In this document: in pieces, positions 1-12,130 of the stretch
Position numbering within the stretch: position 1 is the first letter of the stretch
Layout of the letters: each line of letters opens with the position of its first letter
Source of the DNA: Alloascoidea hylecoeti
Taxonomy: Eukaryota
Length of the DNA stretch: 64,000 nt
NCBI GenBank assembly: GCA_001600815.1
Contig: BCKZ01000003.1
Coordinates: 1,289,474-1,353,473 of the forward strand
Reading direction: 5' to 3'
Notes under the pieces: generated by a model
Told to the model about the DNA's origin: nothing
Databases searched by the model: none
Seen by the model: the letters and a program-made list of their open reading frames with translations, nothing else
Position numbers and translations under genes: made by a program

Positions 1-1978
1 AATGTACTCAATAATAGTGAATCAGTAATTTCATCGTTCATTTCTAATCCACCACTCTCAAGATCTCGCAAATATTGTTGAAATTTAATCACCATCAAAT
101 CTTAAACTGATGATCTCTCTTAACAAAATAGGTACTGACTTTTGGTAGTGAAATACCTTCTTCAAGTTCACATAACTTGTTAAAGCACCTTTTCTAACAT
201 CAATGTAGACCTGTAGATCGACCGCTGTTGATCCCAGCAAAATAGTCATCACATTGTCGTAGTTATTATCTGTTTATTATATATATCTGTTCTATCAAAA
301 CAAGTGGAAATGGCTAAACTATATAGTAATTACTAAATATCGATCCTTACTTCATAAACTAACCACAACAAACCTTAATATTCAACACAACAAATCTTAA
401 TCTCCAACATATGAAAATTCCCAAAAATTAGTTATAGATGGATATCTCTGAAGAGAACAAATCAATTATTTTTACGGTAATATATGAAAAGCTTGTTTAT
501 CGTACTTTTTAACAATGATCACAAACATAATTTCGATACAAAGTATTTTTGCGAGAGAAAATTAAGAGACGTTGCCCATAAATATAGTATCTGTTATATT
601 ATGATAGACAATTCAGCCGGGTTTATGATAGTATTATTGACATCATCTTAATATGGGCTTTGAGAGAAAAATAAAAGTTGGAGAGTTGCATAGAGATGGC
701 CATTATTGACTGTAATGATGTCAATAATGAATTCGCAGTTGATGATATTTTAGTAGTCAATTTTGAGAATACACAATACAAGTGAAGTACTATCTTCATT
801 AGGACATTTTTTCCAATAACAAACTTTTCTTAAAAAACAAATTCTCTGTGAATCATCAACTATCCTACTCGATGGTAATTCCGGTGTAAAAATTATTCTT
901 AGTGACTTATTCCGTGGTACTGAAAAATCGCTAAAAATACTAGCTGTAGCAAAAAGAGAAGAATTTAAATTTAAATTTTTATAATTAACGTCATTGTTCA
1001 CGTTTCTTTCAAAATCGGTAGTTGATGTTGGAATTATATCTTCCATTCTTGCGTATCCAAATTATTCACTTGATTTATTGATTATTGTATCCCTAAATAT
1101 ACCCACAAAAATGATTAGTTATAATCCTAGACATATTGTTTTTTAAAAAATCGTTTGAATTTTTCAATATTATGGCTTTGGGTTAGATATTGTGAATGAT
1201 GATTATAATAGGTATCCAAATTTACTGTTGAATTGTTATCAGATTCATCATGGTTATTGTTATCAATTTTATCATTATTAATCTTCTTATTATTATCCTT
1301 TTTCATTCTTATAATTAATAATAGCACATCCACTTTTTAATTAAGATGAACATGATATTTACTAGATTTTCATAGAAACGAAAGATTTTATAAATCAATT
1401 GCAAGATTTACGAATTATTAAACGTAGTATAAAACATCTATTTGAAATAGCACACACCAAAATTTAATGTCATAATTAACTGTAAACTCATGTATTTCTC
1501 CTCCATCAGAAAATCTTAATATTAATGACAATATTATTCACAACCCATAACTTTAACAAGCACATTTATTTTTATAATAACATTGATATTGAAATCAATC
1601 TGGCTAAAATGAAAAATTAAAAACACTATGCTAAAAGAAAGGGGCAATTGTTCAGATATCATCATTTGGAAGAAGTTAAGCATAAAATAATATTTATTTC
1701 GGTTCGTGATTTCGAATATCTTGGGAAAATCACTTCTTTATATAGATAAACTCGTATCTTTAATTAATATTGCCATTAAAAACGCCGGTAACACAGTGAT
1801 TTTGGTTTTTGGTTGTAGTATTTACAATTATCATTGGCCAATCATTACAAATTACATTTTTTACTTATAAGTTATAATGAAGATATTTAAAATATTTTTA
1901 GAGTTCAGTCTTTTAGTATGAAATTCCACAATCAAAATATAATATTCATAACAGTACTGGAGAATATAGATATTAATC

Positions 1979-2277
1979 TGCAAATCATGCATTTCTATCT
2001 TACCTGTCATCTTTATTTTCTACTTGAAAACTTTCTATTTCTACGTGACTTATCATGTGATTTTTCATCTATCTGTTTAATATTCTCTTATGAGAATCCT
2101 TCTCACCTTTCTTATGCTCTTATAGCACTTACTCCACTTTATTATTTTCGTATACTACTTACATAGCTAACTATATAAAGGACAAAATCTTCTTAAAGGA
2201 TTTTGGCTCCTTAACCTTTTTTCTTTAATACAATTAATATTAACTACTTTTACAAACTTACAATTTACAATTTTTCT
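1979..2277 (+). repeat. 5' LTR (~299 bp)
   Basis: Starts with TG directly after TAATC and contains TATATAAA near 2172. Its last 95 bp match 7042-7136. The left boundary is inferred from the TSD only. Confidence 0.75.
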
Positions 2278-2291
2278 GATTTCCAATCTTT
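2278..2291 (+). promoter_or_regulatory. primer-binding site, complementary to the anticodon arm of tRNA-Ser(IGA)
   Basis: GATTTCCAATCTTT begins exactly where LTR identity ends. Its reverse complement AAAGATTGGAAATC matches the yeast tRNA-Ser(AGA) arm as I recall it (AAAGATTAGAAATC), except at position 34. Confidence 0.65.
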
Positions 2292-2306
2292 TCAAACTAA
2301 CCGGTC

Positions 2307-3613
2307 ATGGTACAGTTTGAATTTGAAGAAGATTTCGATGTGTCTCATGACATATTCAAATCCACCCAAACGGCGTTTAAAAACGTCCATTTCTCAAGTT
2401 TGAGAAAGGATATTTTTTTCCTGTGTTGAAATCCTGGCTAGCCATTAAAATGAAAACTATCGTTGATCCTACCAAGTTTGACATAGCAAAATTCTTAAAG
2501 GCTGATAAAGTGAATCGTTATCCGGCTAATTTCTGTTTATTATTAGAATACTTAATTCGTCTTCGTTTTTCGGAGGATCTCCTCAAACGTTATCGTTCTC
2601 AGTTAAATGGTGTTGAATTATACCTTAAATTAAATACAAGCTACTCATCTCTTAGTGTCATCACTAGGACTAATCTTTTACAAGAGTTTTTCTCCGATGC
2701 TGCTTCCTCTGGTACTATGTTGAATAATTTTGAAAACAAAACTATTGTCATGGAATTCTATTTTTCTGGTATTAAACCCTTTTTACCTTATATTGCACTG
2801 TTCATGTTATCAAATGAACAAAAAGATAAAGTTTTGTCTAAGTTAAATTTTGTTAATAATAATACTGATGTTGAAAAATTTCAAAATAGTGACTATATGG
2901 ATATTTTAACTGAAATTACTGATTTGTCTGAACAAGGAATTGTTACTCTTAAACCTAAATTACCCACCACTGTTGTTGCTGATGAAGCTCACTACCACGA
3001 ACAAAAAGACTGGTCAAGATATCGTTGTTACAAATGTAAAAAATTCGGACACATTTGGTCTCGTTGCCCATTACTAAAAGGAAAAAAGTTTAAAAAACAT
3101 TGGGAGACTGTTCAATATATTGAATTACCTGCTGAAGCTGATATTTACTATTGCTCCAGAGATGTTGACGATAATGATGAACATGAGGTATCCTTGGCTG
3201 AAGAAGTGTTCTATGTATCCGATATTGAATTCATCATTGATTCAGGAGCTACCTGTCACGTTGTATCTAATCAATCTATTTTAAATAACATTCGTCCTTC
3301 CAATACTTCTATTAAAGGTGTTGATGGTCACTCGGTCTCTACTGTTGAAGGTGATTTACAACTTGGTAACTTGTGTTTGAATAATGTGAAGGTGATGCCT
3401 AATACTAATCGTAACATTATTTCTGGTGATATTCTGTCAAAACAAGGATTTAAAATTGAACTTGATAATGATAAGGTTTCCGTTTCTAAAGACAATAAAA
3501 CTTACTTAACTTGTCCCAAAAAGGGAAGACTTTGGTCTGTTACTGCTAATGATGCTAAAGAAGAAATTGCTCTTAATACTGAATCTGATATTATTGATCA
3601 ATTTCATTTTTGA
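2307..3613 (+). pseudogene. retrotransposon gag-protease (frameshift at T7 run 2413-2419; truncated by an inverted insertion)
   Basis: ATG at 2307; CCHC knuckle CYKCKKFGHIWSRC; copia protease motif FIIDSGATCH. Confidence 0.88.
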
Positions 3614-3806
3614 CAGTAAATACCCATCTAGAAGGGATAACTTGTTTTCCATGAGCATCACTTCGGTCAACGACTTCAACCACTTCGTTTGCGTAGAAAG
3701 CATTGAGTTCCATGTTCATTGCAGATAACCAATTGTCCTTCTCGGTAGAGTTCATAACATCCTTATAAGTAGTTGGAATCTGATATTTGCTTATTCTAAA
3801 AATATC

Positions 3807-5468
3807 ATGTCCAAGTCTGATGTCTCTAATACTGCTATTATTTTGTTAAGACGTTTTCAAAATCTCCTCTCGACTCATAATCGTAAGATTGTGTATCTTC
3901 GAGCTGACAATGAATACGATACTTTGGCTATTAAGGATTTTTGTGATATCAATGGAATTATTTTGCAGCTTACAGCTCCCCACTCGTCCTATCAAAACGG
4001 GTTTGCTGAAAATCAAAACAAACTATTGGAAGATAAGGTTAAAAAACTGCTTGATCAATCTAATGTTCAAAAAGAATACTGGACTTTTGCTTTACAACAT
4101 GCTACTTTCATTAATAACAGTGTTTGCCGACCTGGTGTTGAGAAAACTCCTTACGAACTTATCTCTGGTAAATCTATGTCTCGTAAATCATTTATTCCAT
4201 TTGGTTGTAAAATTATTGTTTACAATTATGAAGTTAGGCAAAAGATATTTAAGCAGAATATTCATGGTGTGTTTCTTGGTTATCAAGGTACTACCAAGAT
4301 TGTTAATGTTTTATGTTCTGATGGTAGAATTGTTAAAAGTTCTGCATTTAATGTTGACCCCAATATTTTTCCTTTGTTAGGTTCTTCTGGTTCTTCTGGT
4401 TATTCTGGTTCTTCTGGTTCTTCTGGTTCTCCTTCTATAATGAATTCTGTTCCCTTTACTCCACATCACACTTCTGAACTTACTCCTATCAATTTAGAAT
4501 CCCCCGATGACATCAACGTTCCTCTCAATACCTCTGACTCTACTCCGGTTCCCGTTGATTCCGATTCTCCTGAATTTATTCCTGAATCTAGCTCTGATGT
4601 TGAAATGGATGCTAGTGATGAAAGTCTTCGTGATACTTTGAGTTCTCCTATTTTGAGTAATGACATTTCTAGTTCTCCCTTGGTTAAAGTTACTTATGAT
4701 ACAAATATTGGTACNGATAATGATACTTCTGAAGTCGAAACATTCAATAAATCTGCTTCNACTGATATTGTCAACAATGACATTGCTACATCTCCTTTAC
4801 ACCATTATACTGCAAATTCTCCTATTATTGAGTCTCCTTCTGAAGACTTCAGTTCTTCTTGTTCATCACCCTCTCAATTGNTATTAGAATCTTCTCAACC
4901 AATTGAAAATTCACTAGTTAGAAAACATACAGTTTTATCTGACGATGACCTCTCCAGTCCACTTGATCCTTTGACTATTGTTAGTAACACAAGGTTTTCT
5001 AAAGCAAGAACTGCTATTCTTCCTGATGGCGCCAAAATTATAAAACGTTATCAAAAACCTGTCTCTGAAGCTAAATCTCCTTTGTTGTTGTTGACGTCTG
5101 GTGATAATCAAGAAATGTTTTCTGATCACGAAGAAGTTCAATTGTTAGTCAATAAAAGCAAATATCAGATTCCAACTACTTATAAGGATGTTATGAACTC
5201 TACCGAGAAGGACAATTGGTTATCTGCAATGAACATGGAACTCAATGCTTTCTACGCAAACGAAGTGGTTGAAGTCGTTGACCGAAGTGATGCTCATGGA
5301 AAACAAGTTATCCCTTCTAGATGGGTATTTACTGTCAAAAATGAAATTGATCACGACCGCTTTAAAGGAAGAATCGTTGCAAAAGGTTATAAACAAGAAC
5401 TCGGACAGGATTTTGTTGATATTTACGCACCCGTTTGTTCATATGAAACTTTAAGGTTTATTTATTGA
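3807..5468 (+). pseudogene. integrase core (N-terminus lost), Ser-rich linker and RT N-terminus
   Basis: Integrase motifs LRADNEY and TAPHSSYQNGFAE; RT-start motifs IPTTYKDVM..W..AM..EL, SRWVF, FKGRIVAKGY.Q. Confidence 0.9.
4380..4430 (+). repeat. 9-bp tandem repeat GGTTCTTCT (GSS)n
   Basis: About five units visible, encoding GSSGSSGYSGSSGSSGS. Confidence 0.9.
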
Positions 5469-5487
5469 CAAACACAAATTATGGAAG

Positions 5488-6648
5488 GTGAAAAAGGCTG
5501 TTTATGGTCTGCGACAAAGTCCCAACCTCTGGTTTGAAACCCTTGCTTCTAACCTTAAGCAAATGGGATTTAAACAAAGTAATCTTGAACCCTGTTTGTT
5601 TAGCAAAGTTGATAGTCTCATTCCAGTTTATGTGGATGATTCATTTATTGCTGCTCCTAACAGTCAAATATTGAATGATATCAAATCAAGAATCAAACAG
5701 AAGTTTCCTATTAAAGACCTTGGTTTCCCTAGCACCTTTTTAGGTATGTCAATTACCAGAACCTCTTCCGGTGGAATCAAACTATCTCTTAAGGATTTTC
5801 TTACTAAACTTGAAAGTGATTACCAAATTATTAAAGGTAAACAGTTGCTTACTCCTTTAATTAAAGGTTTCAATCCATATGAGTCCTCAAAACCCTTGGA
5901 AACTAAAGACATCAAAAAATACCAATCAATTGTTGGAGTTATCAATTTCATTTCAAATACCGCTAGACCTGATGTTTCTTTTGCTGCTTCACTTTTATCA
6001 CGGTTTCTTGTTAACCCAAATGTTATTCATCTTAAGACTGCTTATAGAGTACTCCAATTTCTTGTTCAAAGTAAGGAAAAGGGAATCTGTTATGAAAAGA
6101 ACTCATCATTTTTACCCTATAAAGACTTTAGGTACTTAGACACAACCAAGAACGTTTCTATTGTTGACTATCCTAAACTTGGCAAGTATACTATCACTGC
6201 TGTTTCTGATTCTGATCATGCTGCTGACGTCAACGACCGGATTTCTCAAACCGGTTATGCTATATACATCAATAACAATCTAGTTACTTGGTGTTCGCGT
6301 AAACAAAAGAGTGTCTCCATCTCAAGTACCGAAGCCGAATATATGTCCTTAAGCGAATGTTCCAGAACTGGTCTATATTTTAGGAATTTAATGGAAGAAC
6401 TCAACTTAGATGTGTCTTATATTGATTTAGTAAGTGATAACAGATCTGCATTAATTCTAGCCGCCCATAAGTATAATCATTCAAAAACTAAACATATAGC
6501 TATCCATTACCATTTCATTCGAAACTTAGTCAAAAATAAAGTAGCTAAGCTCAACTATATTAATACTTCTGAAAATGTTTCAGATATTTTAACCAAAACT
6601 CTTGATACAACTTCCTTTACCAAACTTTCTTCTAAGTTACTCAATTAA
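5488..6648 (+). pseudogene. RT C-terminal part and RNase H
   Basis: KKAVYGLRQSP, VYVDD, RPDVSFA, SDSDHA, SSTEAEY, KTKHIAIHYHFIR, DILTK. Confidence 0.92.
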
Positions 6649-6671
6649 ATATTCTTTTACTTTCGATTATA

Positions 6672-7041
6672 NNNNNNNNNNNNNNNNNNNNNNNNNNNNN
6701 NNNNNNNNNNNNNNNNNNNNNNNNNNNNNNNNNNNNNNNNNNNNNNNNNNNNNNNNNNNNNNNNNNNNNNNNNNNNNNNNNNNNNNNNNNNNNNNNNNNN
6801 NNNNNNNNNNNNNNNNNNNNNNNNNNNNNNNNNNNNNNNNNNNNNNNNNNNNNNNNNNNNNNNNNNNNNNNNNNNNNNNNNNNNNNNNNNNNNNNNNNNN
6901 NNNNNNNNNNNNNNNNNNNNNNNNNNNNNNNNNNNNNNNNNNNNNNNNNNNNNNNNNNNNNNNNNNNNNNNNNNNNNNNNNNNNNNNNNNNNNNNNNNNN
7001 NNNNNNNNNNNNNNNNNNNNNNNNNNNNNNNNNNNNNNNNN
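6672..7041. other. assembly gap (N run)
   Basis: 370 Ns. Confidence 1.
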
Positions 7042-7136
7042 CAAAATCTTCTTAAAGGATTTTGGCTCCTTAACCTTTTTTCTTTAATACAATTAATATT
7101 AACTACTTTTACAAACTTACAATTTACAATTTTTCT
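7042..7136 (+). repeat. visible 3' part of the 3' LTR
   Basis: Identical to 2183-2277 and followed by TAATC. The rest is hidden in the N-gap. Confidence 0.9.
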
Positions 7137-7587
7137 TAATCATACACAATTATCTGGAGATAACAAAGAGATGTGTGTTGGAAGCTTGGACTTAGTCAGG
7201 TTGATCAGACAAATCGTAGAAGAATGCTCACATCATAACAAGATTTTCAAACATATATAAAGAGAATTATTAGATTAATTGAAATTTAGTAATACTATTC
7301 TTAATATAAGTTTGTTGCTGTCCTGTATGTTTTAGAAGGCTTTTTTTATTCCGATGGTTATTCATGACAATAACAGGTTAAAATCATGGAATGACAATAT
7401 TTCATAAATATAATCAAGTTAAATTATATTATTATTAATACCATTTCTTAAGATTATAAATTATACATATATACGTATATTAGAGTTTTCTAGGAACTAT
7501 GGAGGATTGATATTATAAATTTATTTCATTTGAACCTTGATTATTAAGGAATGACAAATGATTATTCATTTCTTAATAGAATCATAA

Positions 7588-8300
7588 TTACCTTAATTTT
7601 TCAGTAAAATCATAAACAACAACATCACTATTCGGAGTTAAAGCAGTTAACCTTTTCGAATCGACACCAATTGAAGGATACAAATTATTTAAATTCTTTA
7701 AAAAATTTTAAATCATTTAAATTCCAAATCTTAATAGTATTTGTAGATTTTCGATTAACAGAAATGATTTTATTATCAGATATAAATAATGCCGAACCTA
7801 TTCTATTATCTGAAAATTCTTTTCTTTCACCTGTTTGTAAATCTAGAAATGTTGCTTCGTCTGAGCCACTAATAGATAGGTAATTATCATTTATTGTAAT
7901 GTAATCTGTAGGATAATCAAATCGATATTCTTGAATTATTTGACTAGTTTCAATATTAAAAGATGTTACAATTGAATATTTCGCACGGTATAGAAAACCA
8001 TTATTAATACAAATGTCACTAATGTAATTTTTTGGATCTTCTTTTATAAGATATTTAAAATTAAACTGTAATCGATGCTCTAAATTATTGAGATTTGATT
8101 TCCAAACCCTAATATCCGAGTTACCTTGGCATACAATATAATCATTGTATAAAGCGATACCATATGTAGAACTATAATTTCTCTGTGATGGAATTTCCAA
8201 ATAATCTATCAGTTTAAAATCTGGCAATTGCCAAATAATACAAGAACCACCCCATGAACCAGAAACCAAATATTTTTCATTAATATCCAAACAACCATTT
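7588..8300 (-). pseudogene. F-box/WD40 family pseudogene (5'-truncated, frameshift near 7685)
   Basis: DINEKYLVSGSWGGSCIIW...IKIWNLNDLK; the tail SIGVDSKRLTA..DVVVYDFTEKLR continues in another frame; no F-box. Confidence 0.88.
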
Positions 8301-8712
8301 GCTAGGCTAGGAAAGAAAGGGTTACCTAATTATGTCACGTGGTAGCGTAATTTTGTTAGAATAATTTCTGACACTATCGGTAGTTAAATTTTTTTAAAAA
8401 TCACTATTTACTATATCCTTTGGTATGAATATTCAGATAGAGGTTCTTTTGCTATCTTCCTTTTTAACAATTACTACAGAGCTTCTTTTCATCTGAATAT
8501 AAAACCCACAATCTTGATTACCTAATCAAGAGAAAATGTCAGAAACAATTATGAATAAAGCTGGTTCCATATTTTCAGCCGTGTGATGAATAAACATCGG
8601 CCATTCGATATAAAGTTCTTGACCCCTTTCTTTTCTTTCTTCGCACATTGTGACAATCACCACAAGAAACCATTTTAACAATTACAACTTGCGCCCACAC
8701 AAAAGATTTAAG

Positions 8713-9951
8713 ATGTCACTAGATTCTGTTTCCGATCTCCCTAATGAAATATCTCAAATAATCTTCTCAGATTTGTCAATTGCAACTTTACTTAATTGTA
8801 GAAAAGTTTCTAAATCATGGAAACAAATAACCGCAAACGATGGTATATGGAAATCAAAGTTTCAAGATCAAAAATATTGGAAATATTATAATGATGATTC
8901 AGAAACTGACTCGTGGTATGAATTATACAAAGAACGCTATCTTTTAGAATTAAATTGGAAAAATGGTAAATTTTCAACGCGTGAATTAAATTGTTATTCT
9001 ACCGTGACATGTTGTGTATTTTTTAAAAACTGGATTATTACTGGTTCAACGGAATTTACAATAAATATTTGGGATAATGAAACCTTTCAATGTTTAAGAA
9101 CACTAGGTAAATCAAGTTCCGAGATTTCAAGAGAAAATTTATCTGATAGTGAACTATTGGAATTAGCAAATGATATTGATAACATATTACCTTTCGGTGC
9201 AATTAATTGTATGGATATTAATGATGAATATTTGATTTCTGGTTCAATTGATTCTTCTTGTATAATTTGGAAATTACCAGATTTTAAGCCAATACAACGT
9301 CTGGTACCACCTGCGGAAGAACCTGGTTTACCTATAAATTATGTTAGATTATACAATGATTACATTGTAGGTTGTAATGATGAGTTCATTAGTGTTTGGA
9401 AATCAAGTCTTGATAATTTAGAAGATCAACCACCGTTGAATCTACAGCACAGTTTAGTAGTAAAAGGTCGCCTTAATGATGTTTGCATTCATAATGATAT
9501 TATATATTGTACTACAAAGTATGGATCTGTAATAAGATCTTGGTATATTGAAACTGGTCAAATGATCCAAGAATTTCGAAATAAAGAAGCAGCAAGCATT
9601 ACAGCAAATGATCAATACTTATTTGTTAGTGATTACAACAAAATAACAGTTTTGGATTTAGATACATATGAAACAACGAAAATTTTATGGGGTAAAGGAA
9701 CACTTTCATTATTTATAGTTAATGATAAAATCATTTCTGTTTATGATAGTTTTATTATTAGGATTTGGAATTTAAATGATTTAAAATTATTAAAAGAGTT
9801 TGAATATGTGCCATATGATTGGATTAGATTTAGCCCTATTTTTTCAATTAGTGCTGATTCGAAAAAGCTAGCTGCTTTTACTATGATAGGTGGTCTTGCT
9901 ATTTGTGATTTTACTAAAGAATTAAGGAGAAAATATTTAAAACATTTATAA
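8713..9951 (+). CDS. F-box/WD40 protein, copy A
   Basis: F-box LPNEISQIIFSDL..LLNCRKVSKSW, about 7 WD-like blades, C-terminus LRRKYLKHL. Confidence 0.9.
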   Translation: MSLDSVSDLPNEISQIIFSDLSIATLLNCRKVSKSWKQITANDGIWKSKFQDQKYWKYYNDDSETDSWYELYKERYLLELNWKNGKFSTRELNCYSTVTCCVFFKNWIITGSTEFTINIWDNETFQCLRTLGKSSSEISRENLSDSELLELANDIDNILPFGAINCMDINDEYLISGSIDSSCIIWKLPDFKPIQRLVPPAEEPGLPINYVRLYNDYIVGCNDEFISVWKSSLDNLEDQPPLNLQHSLVVKGRLNDVCIHNDIIYCTTKYGSVIRSWYIETGQMIQEFRNKEAASITANDQYLFVSDYNKITVLDLDTYETTKILWGKGTLSLFIVNDKIISVYDSFIIRIWNLNDLKLLKEFEYVPYDWIRFSPIFSISADSKKLAAFTMIGGLAICDFTKELRRKYLKHL

Positions 9952-11759
9952 TCTATTGAAAATTGGAAGTTGAAAATAAATATATCGTTGCCCAAAGAAA
10001 TTTCAATTAAATAGATTTAATATTATCAATCCTCTTCTCCAGAAGAATTAACATAAATCTAATAATATTAGGAAGCATTTTATCATATTAATATTAATGT
10101 AATTTAACTTGATTGTATTTATGAAATATTAACATTCCATGTTGATAACCCATTATAAACTATTATGATTTAAATTTATAAGTTGATCCTCCTGAGCATT
10201 TGGCACTTTTCTTTTACTATGCATATATAAGCCTATGAGGCCTTATGGCTGAAAAACCTACACCATTAATATTCATTCTACTCTGTAATATTGAAATGGC
10301 CACAGCGTTTTTTTGTATCTAGGAACCTTTGAAATTGATATCAATGTATTGGGTTCAAGTGCCGTTTGTTCCAAACATTTTACAATTTTAGACTACTTGC
10401 TCCTTCATGTTTCAAACCAAAGAACAGCGGTTATCGCTAATCAGGTATAAATAGTGAGTACCGACTCTGTTACTGATTATTCTCGATATTCTGCATATTT
10501 GACTTCATATTATATCCTGAGGATGTGCAAGATTACCCATGCCATCTACTTAACCAGGCATACGCACATGATAGTTTAGTTCTGCTTTTTTTTCTTTTTG
10601 ATTCCTATTCTGAAAAATATTTGTATTTTCACAGATGATTCTTACAAAGAAGAGCCTATTGAAAGAAATTGGTCTATCCAAAATATATATCAAATATATT
10701 ACAGATGTTGTAATTGGATGAACTTTTCTTCTTGGAACGAAATAACTAATTAGGTAGACGAAATCAGCGTTAACATAGCTGTTGGTATAATCATTGGGTT
10801 CAATGGGTTTGTATGGTGAATGTTTTCCAATTTATAGCTTTGAATTAAAATTTTAAATTTGATATATTAAAGAAAACTAATGAAACAAATGATACTTACA
10901 CGCAGACACAGATCAAGCTTTTTTTCAAACATCTACAAGCTACGCGTATACTGAATACTCTACAAAGCCCTAAACCAATTTAATATTCTGAAAATAGTCC
11001 ATAATGTTCTGAAAATACTGGAGACTATATTAGACTATATATATAAAATGGCCATTTAAATTTAGTATTTAGTGTTGACCTCAAGTATTTTTTTCTTATT
11101 ATTTCAATGGATTGTGGAGGGAAGAAAATATGGGATTTATATTAATCTGGGTATATTAATCTGGTATCTCTCTAATATAACCAATCCTCTATGTCCCTTA
11201 TATATATTTCTCAATTTACAAGTAGTCAAAGCAGAATCAGTGAAAGTAAGGAAAGTCATTATAATTGGAATATTAGAGTACACTCAGTACACTCAGCACA
11301 GTATATACTCTATGTGTAGTATATGTTAATTAACAAATATGAGAAATCAAGAAAATGTGAGTATTTACCAATATATTTACCTTTGAAAGTTATAAACTTT
11401 ACGGTTAGATTAAGGAGTAAAATGAATTAGGTTATTAATATTCTTGCTACAATGCTATTACAGCTTGAATTTAGTGTTCGATATCCATTCTTGAGTAGTT
11501 GACAGTTGCAAGAGGTCAGCAACTTTTTGGCGTAACTGTTTCAACATCGCCTTTACTAATTAATACATGTGATAATGGGGCAATAAAAATCCCAAGCCCT
11601 AGTTAAATTTTAAAAAAATGTTTTAAATATAGCTCATGGTGGTATTGCTGGTATATGACTTACACATACAGGGTGAAATCCAGTACGGGTACAGTACAAA
11701 AAGATTTTGTTGCCGTTCTCCGATATGAGAAAATCTTATCCCATTAATCACCAACAACT

Positions 11760-12130
11760 CTACTTAATTGTTTTGTGAAGAATTTCCAAATCATAAAAAC
11801 CAATAGTTGATCAATGATGATTCAGAAACTAATTCATGGTATGAATTATATAAAGAACGTTATCTTTTAGAATTAAATTGGAAAGAATGATAAATTTAAA
11901 CAGTATACTTGGATTATGGTTCATTCTTAAATCACGTACTGCAATTACGTTACAATTTTTTAAAAAAATGGGTTATAACTGGTTCAACAAATTGGTACAA
12001 AACGATTTCGGGGTAATGAAATCTATCAATGCTTGAGTAGTTGGTGAACCGAATCTTGATATTTTAGGACAGGTGTTCTAACTAAACCTGGAGAATATTG
12101 AGAAAAATATTTATCAACAAAGGGAATTTT
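11760..12130 (+). pseudogene. degenerate F-box/WD40 N-terminal fragment
   Basis: DDSETNSWYELYKERYLLELNWK and WVITGS-like remnants, with indels. Confidence 0.8.

Larger units (their letters stand above)
1979..7136 (+). mobile_element. Ty1/copia LTR retrotransposon, defective and rearranged; the 3' LTR lies partly in an assembly gap
   Basis: Domain order is gag-PR-IN-RT-RNaseH. 2183-2277 is repeated at 7042-7136. TAATC flanks both ends (1974-1978 and 7137-7141). Confidence 0.93.

Noticed and set aside
750..1333. Two minus-strand ORFs (98 aa and 68 aa) as a gene
   Set aside because: No recognisable motif and no convincing in-frame splice joining them; may be a decayed gene.
3506..3703. Duplicate small ORF MLSTQTKW (also at 5245-5454)
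   Set aside because: Off-frame by-product of the inverted duplication.
6602..7087. ORFs spanning the N run
   Set aside because: Artefacts of the assembly gap.
10330..10380. GGTTCAAGTGCC as a tRNA T-arm
   Set aside because: No acceptor, D or anticodon stems.
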